Positions 38,055 to 47,116 of a stretch of DNA of 64,000 nucleotides are shown piece by piece. Source of the DNA: Nitrososphaerota archaeon (GTDB lineage Archaea; Thermoproteota; Nitrososphaeria_A; Caldarchaeales; Calditenuaceae). The notes beneath the pieces are model-generated. The model was not told the origin of the DNA. It did no database searches and saw only the letters and a program-made list of their open reading frames with translations. Every line of letters starts with the position of its first letter. Within the stretch, counting starts at the first letter, position 1. The stretch is taken from positions 96,001 to 160,000 of the forward strand of contig JAVQSZ010000002.1 in NCBI GenBank assembly GCA_033581555.1, given 5' to 3'. A program made the position numbers and the translations under genes.

Positions 38055-38749
38055 ACCCCCTGGAGCGGGCCAGCGAGGCCCCTAGGGTCAGGGTCCTGGA
38101 CGTCTTCGGGACGCCATACGTCGGCCTCTTCGCCTCTTGCACGGAGAGGTTCGTCGTCGTCCCTTCGATCATGACCGAGAAAGACGCGGTGCTCCTCGGG
38201 GAGACGTTGGACGTCAGGGCTGTCAGGGGGTCCGTCGCTTCGAGCTTCCTGATCGGAGTGATGGTGGCCGGGAACTCGAACGGCCTGCTGCTCCCGTCGA
38301 TCGCGCTCGAGGAGGAGGTCGCGGGGATCCGGCGAGAGCTGCCTGAAGTCAGGGTTGATGTCCTGAGGAGCAGACTCACGGCCCTCGGGAACCTGATCGC
38401 TGTTAACAACAAGGGCGCGGTCGTCTCGCCGGACTTCACGCAGAGGGAGATCAGGGCGATCGAGGACGTCCTATCCGTCGAGGTCGTGAGGGGAACCGTG
38501 GCCGGGATGAAGACGGTCGGTTCGCTCACGGTCGTGACCGACCGGGTTGGGTTCGTCACCGTAGACGCCTCTGACTCCGACGTGGAGGTCCTCGAGGAGG
38601 CGCTCAGGGTCGAGTTCACGCGGGTGACGGTCAACGACGGTAGCAAGTTCATCAGGAGCGGGATGCTAGCGAACGGGAGGGCTGCTGTCGTGGGTAACAG
38701 GACCAGAGGACCCGAGCTGATGTTGATCTCCTCTGCGCTCGCCAGGTGA
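38051..38749 (+). CDS. eif6: Translation initiation factor 6
   Basis: GNSNG, ALGNLI, TVNDG, TRGPEL; conserved rpl39e-rpl31e-eif6 order. Confidence 0.93.
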   Translation: MNPLERASEAPRVRVLDVFGTPYVGLFASCTERFVVVPSIMTEKDAVLLGETLDVRAVRGSVASSFLIGVMVAGNSNGLLLPSIALEEEVAGIRRELPEVRVDVLRSRLTALGNLIAVNNKGAVVSPDFTQREIRAIEDVLSVEVVRGTVAGMKTVGSLTVVTDRVGFVTVDASDSDVEVLEEALRVEFTRVTVNDGSKFIRSGMLANGRAAVVGNRTRGPELMLISSALAR

Positions 38750-38755
38750 AGTTAG

Positions 38756-38923
38756 TCAGTCCCCGCCGGTGAGGCACTTCCTGCAGACGCAGTCCTTCGC
38801 GAGCCTCGAGAGGAGCTCCAACCTCTCCGGGGGCACGAAGACCGACCCGCACCAGCAGTCCCCGTCCTCTAAGCCACACTCGAACATCTCACCACAGATC
38901 TCGCACCGCTTGGTCCTCGTCAA
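38756..38923 (-). CDS. Cysteine-rich CWC family small protein
   Basis: Not in the track. MTRTKRCEICGEMFECGLEDGDCWCGS...DCVCRKCLTGGD; TTG start overlaps the rpl13e stop. Confidence 0.8.
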   Translation of the reverse strand: MTRTKRCEICGEMFECGLEDGDCWCGSVFVPPERLELLSRLAKDCVCRKCLTGGD

Positions 38924-39123
38924 GCTTGCCTCCTTCCCCCCGAGACTAACCTCCTCAAGAGCTCAACGTTCTCCGGGTGGACCGTCCTCCTCCTCACGTC
39001 TACCGTGATGCCGGCCTTACGTGCCTCTGAGACCGTCATCCCCGCGAGCTTGAGCTCGCCCCTCGAGAAGCCCCTCCCGACCCGCTCTTTGCGCCCGCCC
39101 GGGACGAGGACCCTTGCCCCCAA
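38920..39123 (-). CDS. rpl13e: 50S ribosomal protein L13e
   Basis: RVGRGFSRGEL...VDVRRRTVHPENVE. Confidence 0.92.
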   Translation of the reverse strand: MGARVLVPGGRKERVGRGFSRGELKLAGMTVSEARKAGITVDVRRRTVHPENVELLRRLVSGGRRQA

Positions 39124-39133
39124 GTCCCGACCC

Positions 39134-39481
39134 TCACTCGAGGAGGTCGTCCTTGCTGAGCCTCACGATCTTGGTCTCCCTCTTCTTTGGCGTTAGCCGC
39201 TCGAGGAGCTCCCTCAGGACGTCGTCGGTCACCTGGCCCCTCAGCCTCCCGCTCTGGGCGAGCTGGATCAGGTACCGCTCGACCGCCTCCGCGAGGTCCG
39301 GCCGCGCCACCTTCACGTTCGCGAGCCTCTGCCTCGCCTCGGGCGTGAGTATCGCCCTCATGACCGCTGCCCTCTCGGCCTCCTCCTTCCTCTTCGCCTC
39401 CTCCGCGGCTATCCTCTGCTGTAGCTCGGCCATCTTCCTCCTCCTGATCTCCTCGAGCTCGGCGTCTTCCGGCGAAGCCAT
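39134..39481 (-). CDS. PDCD5/DUF122 DNA-binding protein
   Basis: ELEEIRRRKMAELQ, ILTPEARQRLANVKVARPD; start set to ATG 39481. Confidence 0.92.
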   Translation of the reverse strand: MASPEDAELEEIRRRKMAELQQRIAAEEAKRKEEAERAAVMRAILTPEARQRLANVKVARPDLAEAVERYLIQLAQSGRLRGQVTDDVLRELLERLTPKKRETKIVRLSKDDLLE

Positions 39482-39572
39482 CCCAGATCCCGACCCAGTC
39501 CGGTCCATTAAAGCTTTGACACCCCATCGGAGCGCGCTTAAGTTAAAAGGACACGGGCCCGCGCCGACCCAG

Positions 39573-40973
39573 ATGCCGGGCGACCTGCTGGTCTGGAAGT
39601 TCGGAGGGACCTCGCTGGGCGACGGCGAGAGGGTCCTCCGGGTCAGGTCGCTGATCGTGGACGGGTTGCGGTGGCACAGGCTTGTGGTGGTCTGCTCCGC
39701 GATGGGTGAGACGACCGACGTCCTCCTCAGCTCCCTCGAGAGGGCTGAGGCAGGGGACGTCGAGAGGGCAGAGGAGCTTCTCAGGGGACTAGAGAGGTCG
39801 CACCTCGAGGCGACCAGGAGGGCCGTGGAGGACAACGCGGTCAGGTCGGAGGTCGAGGGCTTCGTCAGGGAGAGGGTCGCGGAGCTCAGCAAGTTGGTCG
39901 GGAGCGTCGCGCTCCTGAGGGAGAGCACCCCGAGGACGAGGGACCTGATAGCCTCGTACGGCGAGAGGCTCTCAACCAAGATCGTTTGGGGCTCGCTGAG
40001 GAGCGCTGGAGTGAGGTCGGTCTACCTCGAGGGCCACGAAGCCGGCATAGTCACGGACTCGAACTTCGGGAACGCTTCGCCCCTGATGGACGTCACCTAC
40101 GAGAGGGTCAGGGAGAGGCTCGGTGGTCTGATTGGATCCGGATCGGTCCCAGTCGTGACCGGCTACATCGCTTCCACGCCGGAAGGCATCGTCACCACCC
40201 TCGGGAGGGGAGGCTCCGACCTCACGGCTACCGTCTTGGCATACTGCCTCGACGCGAAGGAGGTCTGGCTCTGGACGGACGTCGACGGCATGATGTCCGC
40301 GGATCCGAGGGTCGTCCCCACCGCGAAGGTCCTCAACAGGATCTCCTACGACGAGGCCGTCGAGATGGCCTACTTCGGCGCGAAGGGACTTCAGATCAAG
40401 ACGATCCTCCCCGCGAGGGAGAAGGGGATACCCATAAGGGTGAAGAACACTTTTAACCCGGACTCCGATGGGACGCTGATCTCGGGCTCTTCGGACCCCA
40501 GGGGTTCGGTAACCAAGGCAGTCCTGATGACGAAGAGGGTAGCCTCTGTGACGGTGAAGGGCGAGGTCCTCTCTGGCGGAGGCCTGGCCGCGAAGGTGCT
40601 ATCGGTCATAGACTCGATGGGGATCGAGGCGCTGATGGTCTCCCAGAGCGTCTCCAGCTCGTCGATCTCAGTCGTCGTGCCGAGGAGCCTCTCGAGGAAG
40701 GTCGCCGGGGAGATAAGGAGGGTCGTGATCTCCCAGTTGGGTGGCGGCGAGGTCGAGGTCGAGGACGACGTAGCGGCGATCGCGGTGATCGGCGAGGGGA
40801 TGAAGGGGACCCCTGGAGTGGCCAGCAGGGTCTTCGGCGCGGTCGCGTCGAGGGGAATCAACGTCAGGATGATCGCGCAGGGGTCCTCGGAGCTGAACAT
40901 ATCGTTCGTGGTCAAGGAATCCGACGCCGAGGAGGCGGTGAGGGCCGTCCACTCCGCCTTCTTCGGCCCCTGA
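39573..40973 (+). CDS. lysC: Aspartate kinase
   Basis: KFGGTS, GERLS, TLGRGGSD, WTDVDG, two ACT domains; start set to ATG 39573. Confidence 0.94.
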   Translation: MPGDLLVWKFGGTSLGDGERVLRVRSLIVDGLRWHRLVVVCSAMGETTDVLLSSLERAEAGDVERAEELLRGLERSHLEATRRAVEDNAVRSEVEGFVRERVAELSKLVGSVALLRESTPRTRDLIASYGERLSTKIVWGSLRSAGVRSVYLEGHEAGIVTDSNFGNASPLMDVTYERVRERLGGLIGSGSVPVVTGYIASTPEGIVTTLGRGGSDLTATVLAYCLDAKEVWLWTDVDGMMSADPRVVPTAKVLNRISYDEAVEMAYFGAKGLQIKTILPAREKGIPIRVKNTFNPDSDGTLISGSSDPRGSVTKAVLMTKRVASVTVKGEVLSGGGLAAKVLSVIDSMGIEALMVSQSVSSSSISVVVPRSLSRKVAGEIRRVVISQLGGGEVEVEDDVAAIAVIGEGMKGTPGVASRVFGAVASRGINVRMIAQGSSELNISFVVKESDAEEAVRAVHSAFFGP

Positions 40974-40976
40974 GCC

Positions 40977-41567
40977 TCATTTGGTGTTAGGCGAGACCAT
41001 TATCTTGATCAGACCTCGGGAGAGCGTGTGGTTAAACACCTTAACTCCGTAGCTGTTGAGGATCTCCTTCACCGCCTCGAAGACCGCCTCTGTCGACTCG
41101 ATGGTCCCTCCGGCGCCCACGATCGTGATCTCCTTCGCGTTGTTACCGGAGTCCTTCAACTCTATTCTCTTGAGAGGGAAGAAGTAGACGAACAGCGTCG
41201 AGAGCGAGATGAGCTCGTCGAAGGTCTTCGCGTAGTCACGGGCGAGCGTCCCTACGTCCCTGCCGAGCTGCGCGAAGAGCGAGAGGAGCCTCTCCCTGTC
41301 GAGCCTGTAGAGCTCCGAGATTAGCATGTCCATGAAGTAGGAGGGCACGACGACCGCGTCGAAGTCCCTCAGGATCTTCTGGACCCTCCAGAGGTTCACG
41401 ATCACCCTGTCGCTCCCGCTCTCCCTGATCACCTGGATCGCCTGCTCGAGGACGCTGTTGCTGAGGGCGTAGACGCTCATCTTCCGCTCCTTCGCGAGGG
41501 AGGAGAGCTGCTCAAGGATGTCCCTCCGAACGGCGATCGTCGTCCGCCGGTTGAGAGACCCCCCCAC
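40977..41567 (-). CDS. Ribbon-helix-helix regulator with putative ligand-binding C-terminus
   Basis: TTIAVRRDILEQLSSLAKERKMSVYALSNSVL RHH pattern. Confidence 0.6.
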   Translation of the reverse strand: MGGSLNRRTTIAVRRDILEQLSSLAKERKMSVYALSNSVLEQAIQVIRESGSDRVIVNLWRVQKILRDFDAVVVPSYFMDMLISELYRLDRERLLSLFAQLGRDVGTLARDYAKTFDELISLSTLFVYFFPLKRIELKDSGNNAKEITIVGAGGTIESTEAVFEAVKEILNSYGVKVFNHTLSRGLIKIMVSPNTK

Positions 41568-41682
41568 GCCATTAAGAACGTGTATAGCAGGTTATACATC
41601 TTACCTCAGGTCTTATGCACGTCTCTGCAGTTCTTCGGAAACATCAATATATTCCTCGGTGATGGAGTTTTGTCGGCGCTAG

Positions 41683-41997
41683 ATGGTCGTCGACCAGAAG
41701 ACCATTAGGGACCTGGTCCACGAGGTCAGGGAAGGGATGAAGTTATGGTCCGCGCTCAGCGAGTCCGGCTCGCGGTTGGACTACGTCTTCTCCCAGCTGA
41801 CTGAGGCCGAGTCGACGCTCTGGTCCGCGCTGAACGAACCCTCGCTGCCGCAAGAGCTGAGGGTCGAGCTCCAGGACCTCCTGGGAAGGGTAAGGGCGCT
41901 CCTCGAGAGGGTAAAGAGGAAGATCGAGGAGAGCGGCGAGGAATGGGGCGACGCGGGGAGGAGCGCGGCTTGGAAGGGGCTCAAGAGGACGTACTGA
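41683..41997 (+). CDS. Hypothetical helical protein
   Basis: ORF after an AT-rich promoter; overlaps the tldD start region. Confidence 0.55.
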   Translation: MVVDQKTIRDLVHEVREGMKLWSALSESGSRLDYVFSQLTEAESTLWSALNEPSLPQELRVELQDLLGRVRALLERVKRKIEESGEEWGDAGRSAAWKGLKRTY

Positions 41998-43412
41998 GAA
42001 GGGCGCTCGAGCTGGCCCTGCAGCGCGGCGCCAATTACGCCGAGGTCAGGTACCAGGGTGAGGTCAGGGAGTCCGTGGTTCTCAGGAACGGTTTCCCGGT
42101 GGCCGGCGGCACGACCGTCTCTAAGGGGGTCGGGGTCAGGGTCCTGGTCGAGGGCGCCCTCGGGTTCTCTTCGACGAACGTCCTTAGGCCAGCAGCCCTG
42201 AGGGAGGCGGTCGAGGAGGCCGTCAACCTGGCGAGGGCTTCAGCGAGGACGAGGAAGAGGCCGATCGAGATGGCTCCGGCGGAGATGGGGAGGGAGAAGG
42301 TCGTGGTGAAGCCCAGGGTGAAGCACGAGGATGTTGACGTCTCCGACAAGACCGAGCTCCTGAAGTCGGCCGACGCTGCAGTCGTTCAGGGCGCTAGGAG
42401 GCTCGGAGCTGAAGCGCCCTCGAGGTTCTTCAGCCTGTCCTGCGGCTACACGGTCAAGCACGTCATCAACTCGGACGGCGCCGACGTCTTCACCAGCATT
42501 CCTCGAGTGGCCCTGAGCCTCGTGTACCACGTCCACCATCAGGGCAGGTCGCAGATGCGGCACAAGGATCTCGGCGAAACTAGGGGCTGGGAGGGGGTGG
42601 AGCGGTGGAGGCTCGACGAAGAGCTCCTTGAGGACGCGGAGGGCGTCGCGGGAGCGGTGGTCAAGGGCGTGGCTCCGCCGGAGGGAGCGGTAGACGTCGT
42701 CCTCGGGCCAGAAGTCGTGGGGCTGATCTGCCACGAGTCAGCTGGTCATCCTGGCGAGGCCGACAGGATGCTCGGCCGGGAGGCGGCTCAGGCTGGCGAG
42801 ACCTACATCAAGCGGGAGCTGGTGGGCATGAGGATAGGATCCGAGCACGTCACAATCGCCGACGACCCGACCCTGCCCGGGTCCTACGGGTTCTACCTCT
42901 ATGACGACGAGGGCGTCAGGGCGAGGGAGAGGCTGCTGATCGAGAGGGGCGTGATCAAGGAGCTCCTCCAGAATAGGGAGACTGCGGCCGAGCTGGGGAC
43001 GAGCAGCAACGGGTCCTCAAGGGCCTCGAGCTACGACAGGGAGCCGATCGTCAGGATGGCTAATACCTACATGAAGCCCGGCAACTTCGGCTTCGACGAG
43101 CTGATCGAGGACGTGAAGCTCGGCGTTTACATCAAGACCTATTCCGAGTGGAACATCGACGACAAACGGTGGAACCAGCGTTACGTAGGGGTTGAGGCCT
43201 ACGCGATCCGGGATGGCGAGCTCGCGGAGCCGGTCTTCAGGCCGATCCTCGAGGTGACCACGAGGACGCTCTACTCGTCGGTCGACGCGGTCGGGAAGGA
43301 CCTCCAGATGACCGCGGGCTACTGCGGAAAGGGAGACCCGATGCAGGCGATCCCGGTCTGGTTCGGAGGACCCCACATTAGGCTCAGGTCGGTGAGGCTA
43401 CTCAAGGGTTAG
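41943..43412 (+). CDS. tldD: TldD metalloprotease
   Basis: HESAGHPGEAD, DDEG, RMANTY, CGKG. Confidence 0.92.
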   Translation: MGRRGEERGLEGAQEDVLRRALELALQRGANYAEVRYQGEVRESVVLRNGFPVAGGTTVSKGVGVRVLVEGALGFSSTNVLRPAALREAVEEAVNLARASARTRKRPIEMAPAEMGREKVVVKPRVKHEDVDVSDKTELLKSADAAVVQGARRLGAEAPSRFFSLSCGYTVKHVINSDGADVFTSIPRVALSLVYHVHHQGRSQMRHKDLGETRGWEGVERWRLDEELLEDAEGVAGAVVKGVAPPEGAVDVVLGPEVVGLICHESAGHPGEADRMLGREAAQAGETYIKRELVGMRIGSEHVTIADDPTLPGSYGFYLYDDEGVRARERLLIERGVIKELLQNRETAAELGTSSNGSSRASSYDREPIVRMANTYMKPGNFGFDELIEDVKLGVYIKTYSEWNIDDKRWNQRYVGVEAYAIRDGELAEPVFRPILEVTTRTLYSSVDAVGKDLQMTAGYCGKGDPMQAIPVWFGGPHIRLRSVRLLKG

Positions 43413-44055
43413 GGCAATCGTACTCAGTCGGGTCCTGGTATCCTACCCTCGCGAACGTCTCCCTCCTCTTCCTGCATCCGGGACAAGTGCCGCACTGCCT
43501 CTCGCCCTCGAGCCAGCAGCTCCAGGTCAGCTCCAGCGGGACCCCCAGCTCTATAGCGGTCCTCACCACCTCCTCCTTCTTCATCCCGAGCAGTGGCGCT
43601 ACGACCCTCAGCCTCCTCCAGGGGACCATCCTCTCGACGATGCCGTTCAGGGCCGCGATGTTCCGCTCCCCTACGTCCGGGAAGAGCGACGCGTCCTCGA
43701 AGACGTGCCCTACCACCGCCCTCTCTAGCCTTAGGACGTACGCATAGTACAGACCAACGGAGTAGAAGACGAGGTTCCTGAATGGGATGAAGGTGAGCGG
43801 GACGCCGAGCTCGGTCACCTCCCGCTTTATCCCCTCGTCTAGGTCCATCGCTTCCCGGATGAACTGGAGGTCCACTTCCAGGTGCTCGACGACGCCTGCG
43901 GCCCTCGCGATCCTCCTCGCGGCCTCCGCCTCCCTCTTGTTCCTCTTGTGGTAGTTCACCGAGAGCGTGACGACCCGGTCCGAGGACCTAGCCTCCATGA
44001 AGAGTGCCGTCGCGGAGTCTATGCCCCCCGAGAGCAGGACGAGGGAACCCGTCAA
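43402..44055 (-). CDS. queC: 7-cyano-7-deazaguanine synthase
   Basis: LSGGIDS, PFRN, TWSC...CGTCPGC. Confidence 0.92.
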   Translation of the reverse strand: MTGSLVLLSGGIDSATALFMEARSSDRVVTLSVNYHKRNKREAEAARRIARAAGVVEHLEVDLQFIREAMDLDEGIKREVTELGVPLTFIPFRNLVFYSVGLYYAYVLRLERAVVGHVFEDASLFPDVGERNIAALNGIVERMVPWRRLRVVAPLLGMKKEEVVRTAIELGVPLELTWSCWLEGERQCGTCPGCRKRRETFARVGYQDPTEYDCPNP

Positions 44056-44732
44056 GGCCCGGAAGTCCTCCCTGAAACGAGGACCTCTGAGACCGCTGAC
44101 TTCCCCATCCCCTCGCTCATCTCCACCCTGACGAGGAGAGGCGCCACGCCCAGGAGCTCCGCGACCCTCTTCGCGATGTGCATGGAGATGTTCTCGGCGG
44201 TCGACTCACCCTCGAGGAGCACGACCCTATCGGCTGGCAGGGTTAGTTCGTACTCCCCGCCCTTCCCAACGAACCTCAGCGTCACCCGGCCGTCGGCGGA
44301 CTCCGCGACGTACCTGACGGAGGCTATCAGCTTATGGTCGAGCTCGTTCAGGACGGACTTCAAGGCCCTCTTCAGCTCGCCGAAGTCGATCAGATACCCG
44401 CTAGTCCCCAGCCGTCCTAGGACCTCCAACGAGACGGTGGCAGTGTGGCCGTGGAGGGTCGAGCACTTCTCGATGTGCGGTAGGAAGTGCGAGTAGTCGA
44501 AGTTGAGGGACCCGTCCCTCAGCCTCAAGCCCACGAAGCCATCCGCGGAGAGTAGGGCGTGCCCCGAGATGCGTTCGCCCAGCCCCGTCACCGCCTCGAA
44601 CCTCCCTGAGTGCTCAATCCTGATCACGACGTTCGCGGTCTCGATCACGCTCGCACCATCCACCGTCTTGATCTCGTATCTCACCCCCTCCGACCTGAGG
44701 ATCAACCCTATCAGCTCCCGGAGCCCGAACAT
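44052..44732 (-). CDS. queD: 6-carboxytetrahydropterin synthase with N-terminal extension
   Basis: FDYSH, CSTLHGH, DFGELK, LDHK, STAEN. Confidence 0.88.
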   Translation of the reverse strand: MFGLRELIGLILRSEGVRYEIKTVDGASVIETANVVIRIEHSGRFEAVTGLGERISGHALLSADGFVGLRLRDGSLNFDYSHFLPHIEKCSTLHGHTATVSLEVLGRLGTSGYLIDFGELKRALKSVLNELDHKLIASVRYVAESADGRVTLRFVGKGGEYELTLPADRVVLLEGESTAENISMHIAKRVAELLGVAPLLVRVEMSEGMGKSAVSEVLVSGRTSGP

Positions 44733-44771
44733 CGGGCCTCCCCAACTCCTCCAGTTAAAAAGTGGAGGCGG

Positions 44772-46355
44772 TCACCCGCAGAGGGATGGGCCCCAGACCC
44801 CAGCTACGTATCCCTCGCCGAACCTGCTCATCGTTACCGGGTTCATGAGGTTCTCGACGGGCGCGAAGCCGTCGGTGATCAGGACCGCGTCAGGCGGCGG
44901 GGATCTCACGACGAACGCCCTCGAGACGGCGCCCTCAATGCGGAGCGAAGATGCGACCGGGTCGGACCTCACTGCCTCAACCAGCGTCCGGGGTTCAGGG
45001 AGCGGCCTCTTCCCGAAGACCACGATCACGTTCTGGACGTCGAGCGGGTTGCCGGAGGATACGGGCACCACCAGCACCTCGCCCTTGAATACGTCCATCG
45101 CGGTCCTGACGTAGGCCCAGAGAATCGCGGACGCGGGACCCGAGAGCGAGGCGATGACGTTCGAGACCACGACACCTCCCTCGTTCAACCTCGAGCTGAG
45201 GACCTCGAAGAACTCCCTGGTCACCATGTGGAACGGAATGTAGTTCTTGGAGTAGGCGTCGAGGACCACCACGTCGAACAGCTCCTCGGTCAGGGCGAGG
45301 TACCTCCTCCCGTCCATCACGACGACCCGGATCTCCCGCTCGAACTCGTCGAGGTGGAAGTACCTCCTCGCGACCTCCACGACCTTCCCGTCGATCTCGA
45401 CCACCGTGACGAAGAGCCCCTCGTACCATTTAGCGAAGAACTTCGGGCCGGAGAAGCCGCCCCCTCCGACGAAGAGCGCATCCCTCGCGTTTGGATTGAG
45501 CAAGGGCCCTAGCACGAAGAGCCTCGTGTACTCGAAGGGCAGGGAAGCGGAGTCACCGAGCTCCATCCCGCTGTGGAGGAGCCCGTTGATGAAGAGGTGC
45601 CTAATCCCGGCGCTGTCGACCACGACTATCCTGGAGTACTCGGAGTCCGTGACGAGCCTTACCTCTCCGGCGAACGCGGCGGTACACGACAGCAGCGTCG
45701 GAGACGCCACGAGCACCACGAGGACCGCGGCCGCTGTCAGCGCGTTCACGGCCCTTCCCCTACCCCCTCCGATGAGCGCCAGGACGACCGTCATCAGACC
45801 CGTGGCGAGGAAGATCGCGTTGATCTCGGCGTGCTGAAGGAGGATGAAGGTGGTCGCGAAGGACCCGACGATGCTGCCCGCAGTCGATAAGGCGTAGACG
45901 TTTCCCGAGACCGACCCGATCCCTGATAGGCCCTCGGAGAGCAACCTCACCGCTGAGGGGACGACGCCGCCGAGGAAGACGCTGGGCACGCCGACCACGA
46001 CCGACCCCATTACGACCGATCCCAGCCGCTCGTCTAATCGGATCAGCACGGGAGAAGAGCCCACGACTGCGATCACGACGGGCAGCGCGGTGACGTATGC
46101 CCCCGCGGAGGTCATCATCGCGGCCATGACGGTCCTCGGGTCGAAGCGGTCCGCGAGCCTTCCGCCAACATAGTAACCCGCCGCGAGCGCGGACAACACC
46201 ACCCCTATCACCCCTCCCCAGACGACCGCGGAGCTCCCGTAGACCGCGTTCACGACCCTTCCGCCCGCTATCTCGACGATCATCACCGCTGCCCCCGACG
46301 CGAAGACCCTGACGTCCGTCAGTGCCCTGAGCGCGGCCAACCTGTCCTCCGTCAC
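44772..46355 (-). CDS. Fused membrane domain / spermidine synthase-like SAM-binding protein
   Basis: About 7 TM helices, then VGGGG, VEID, DGR, LDAY; start uncertain (GTG 46355 chosen). Confidence 0.85.
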   Translation of the reverse strand: MTEDRLAALRALTDVRVFASGAAVMIVEIAGGRVVNAVYGSSAVVWGGVIGVVLSALAAGYYVGGRLADRFDPRTVMAAMMTSAGAYVTALPVVIAVVGSSPVLIRLDERLGSVVMGSVVVGVPSVFLGGVVPSAVRLLSEGLSGIGSVSGNVYALSTAGSIVGSFATTFILLQHAEINAIFLATGLMTVVLALIGGGRGRAVNALTAAAVLVVLVASPTLLSCTAAFAGEVRLVTDSEYSRIVVVDSAGIRHLFINGLLHSGMELGDSASLPFEYTRLFVLGPLLNPNARDALFVGGGGFSGPKFFAKWYEGLFVTVVEIDGKVVEVARRYFHLDEFEREIRVVVMDGRRYLALTEELFDVVVLDAYSKNYIPFHMVTREFFEVLSSRLNEGGVVVSNVIASLSGPASAILWAYVRTAMDVFKGEVLVVPVSSGNPLDVQNVIVVFGKRPLPEPRTLVEAVRSDPVASSLRIEGAVSRAFVVRSPPPDAVLITDGFAPVENLMNPVTMSRFGEGYVAGVWGPSLCG

Positions 46356-46455
46356 CGAGCCCAGATAAAAATGGGGTCTCCGAATCCGCGTGGAGGGGAA
46401 GCGCCAGCTCGCAACTACTAATTGACGGGCTGACGGCGATCCGCGGTAGGACCCG

Positions 46456-47112
46456 ATGAAGGGGGTCGAGAACAGGTTCGCCGAGGACATAAGGGCCCTG
46501 ATGGACGCGATTGGGTCAAGGTACGGCAGTCGGGCCAAGGACAAGCTCGTGGGGGTCGCGGAGAAGCTGATCGACCTCTACTCGAAGGGCGTGGTGAAGA
46601 TCAACCACTCGGTGATGGAGATGGTCTGTGCGGCCTACCTGGTCTCGAAGGGGTACGATGTCGACGTCGAGCACCCGCTCGCGGAGCCGCTGGTATGCGA
46701 CGTCTACGGCAAGAAGGGCGACGGGACGTTCATCGTCGAGATCGAGACAGGTTTCACTCCACCCGAGCACGCCCTTGACCCGCTCACCTACCTGAGGGCG
46801 AGGATCGTGAGCAAGGTGGCGAGGTACAGCGCCTACGCAGACCGGTTCGCCCTCGCGACCCCCCGGTACAACCTCCTCGAGATCCACCGGGCCATCGTCA
46901 AGCCGCCCTCCAAGAGGACCGAGGACGAGCTGGAGGAGATGAGATCCCTCTGCGACCTCTACTACTCGAGGCCACCGGTCTCGCTGGAGGAGCTGAGGAA
47001 CGCGAGGCTCCACTCGGTGATGGTGATCGAGGTCGACAGCCTCAGCGTCTACGAGTTCGACCCGGTCGAGTACAGGGATGGCGTGATCCGGAGCGGACTG
47101 TCGGGCTGGTGA
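46456..47112 (+). CDS. Hypothetical protein, PD-(D/E)xK-like fold
   Basis: H...VE...CDV...VEIETG arrangement. Confidence 0.65.
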   Translation: MKGVENRFAEDIRALMDAIGSRYGSRAKDKLVGVAEKLIDLYSKGVVKINHSVMEMVCAAYLVSKGYDVDVEHPLAEPLVCDVYGKKGDGTFIVEIETGFTPPEHALDPLTYLRARIVSKVARYSAYADRFALATPRYNLLEIHRAIVKPPSKRTEDELEEMRSLCDLYYSRPPVSLEELRNARLHSVMVIEVDSLSVYEFDPVEYRDGVIRSGLSGW

Positions 47113-47116
47113 GCCC

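Noticed and set aside
39114-39572. Long N-terminal extension of aspartate kinase in the ORF track
   Set aside because: Overlaps the PDCD5 gene antisense; a TATA box and ATG 39573 give a normal LysC start.
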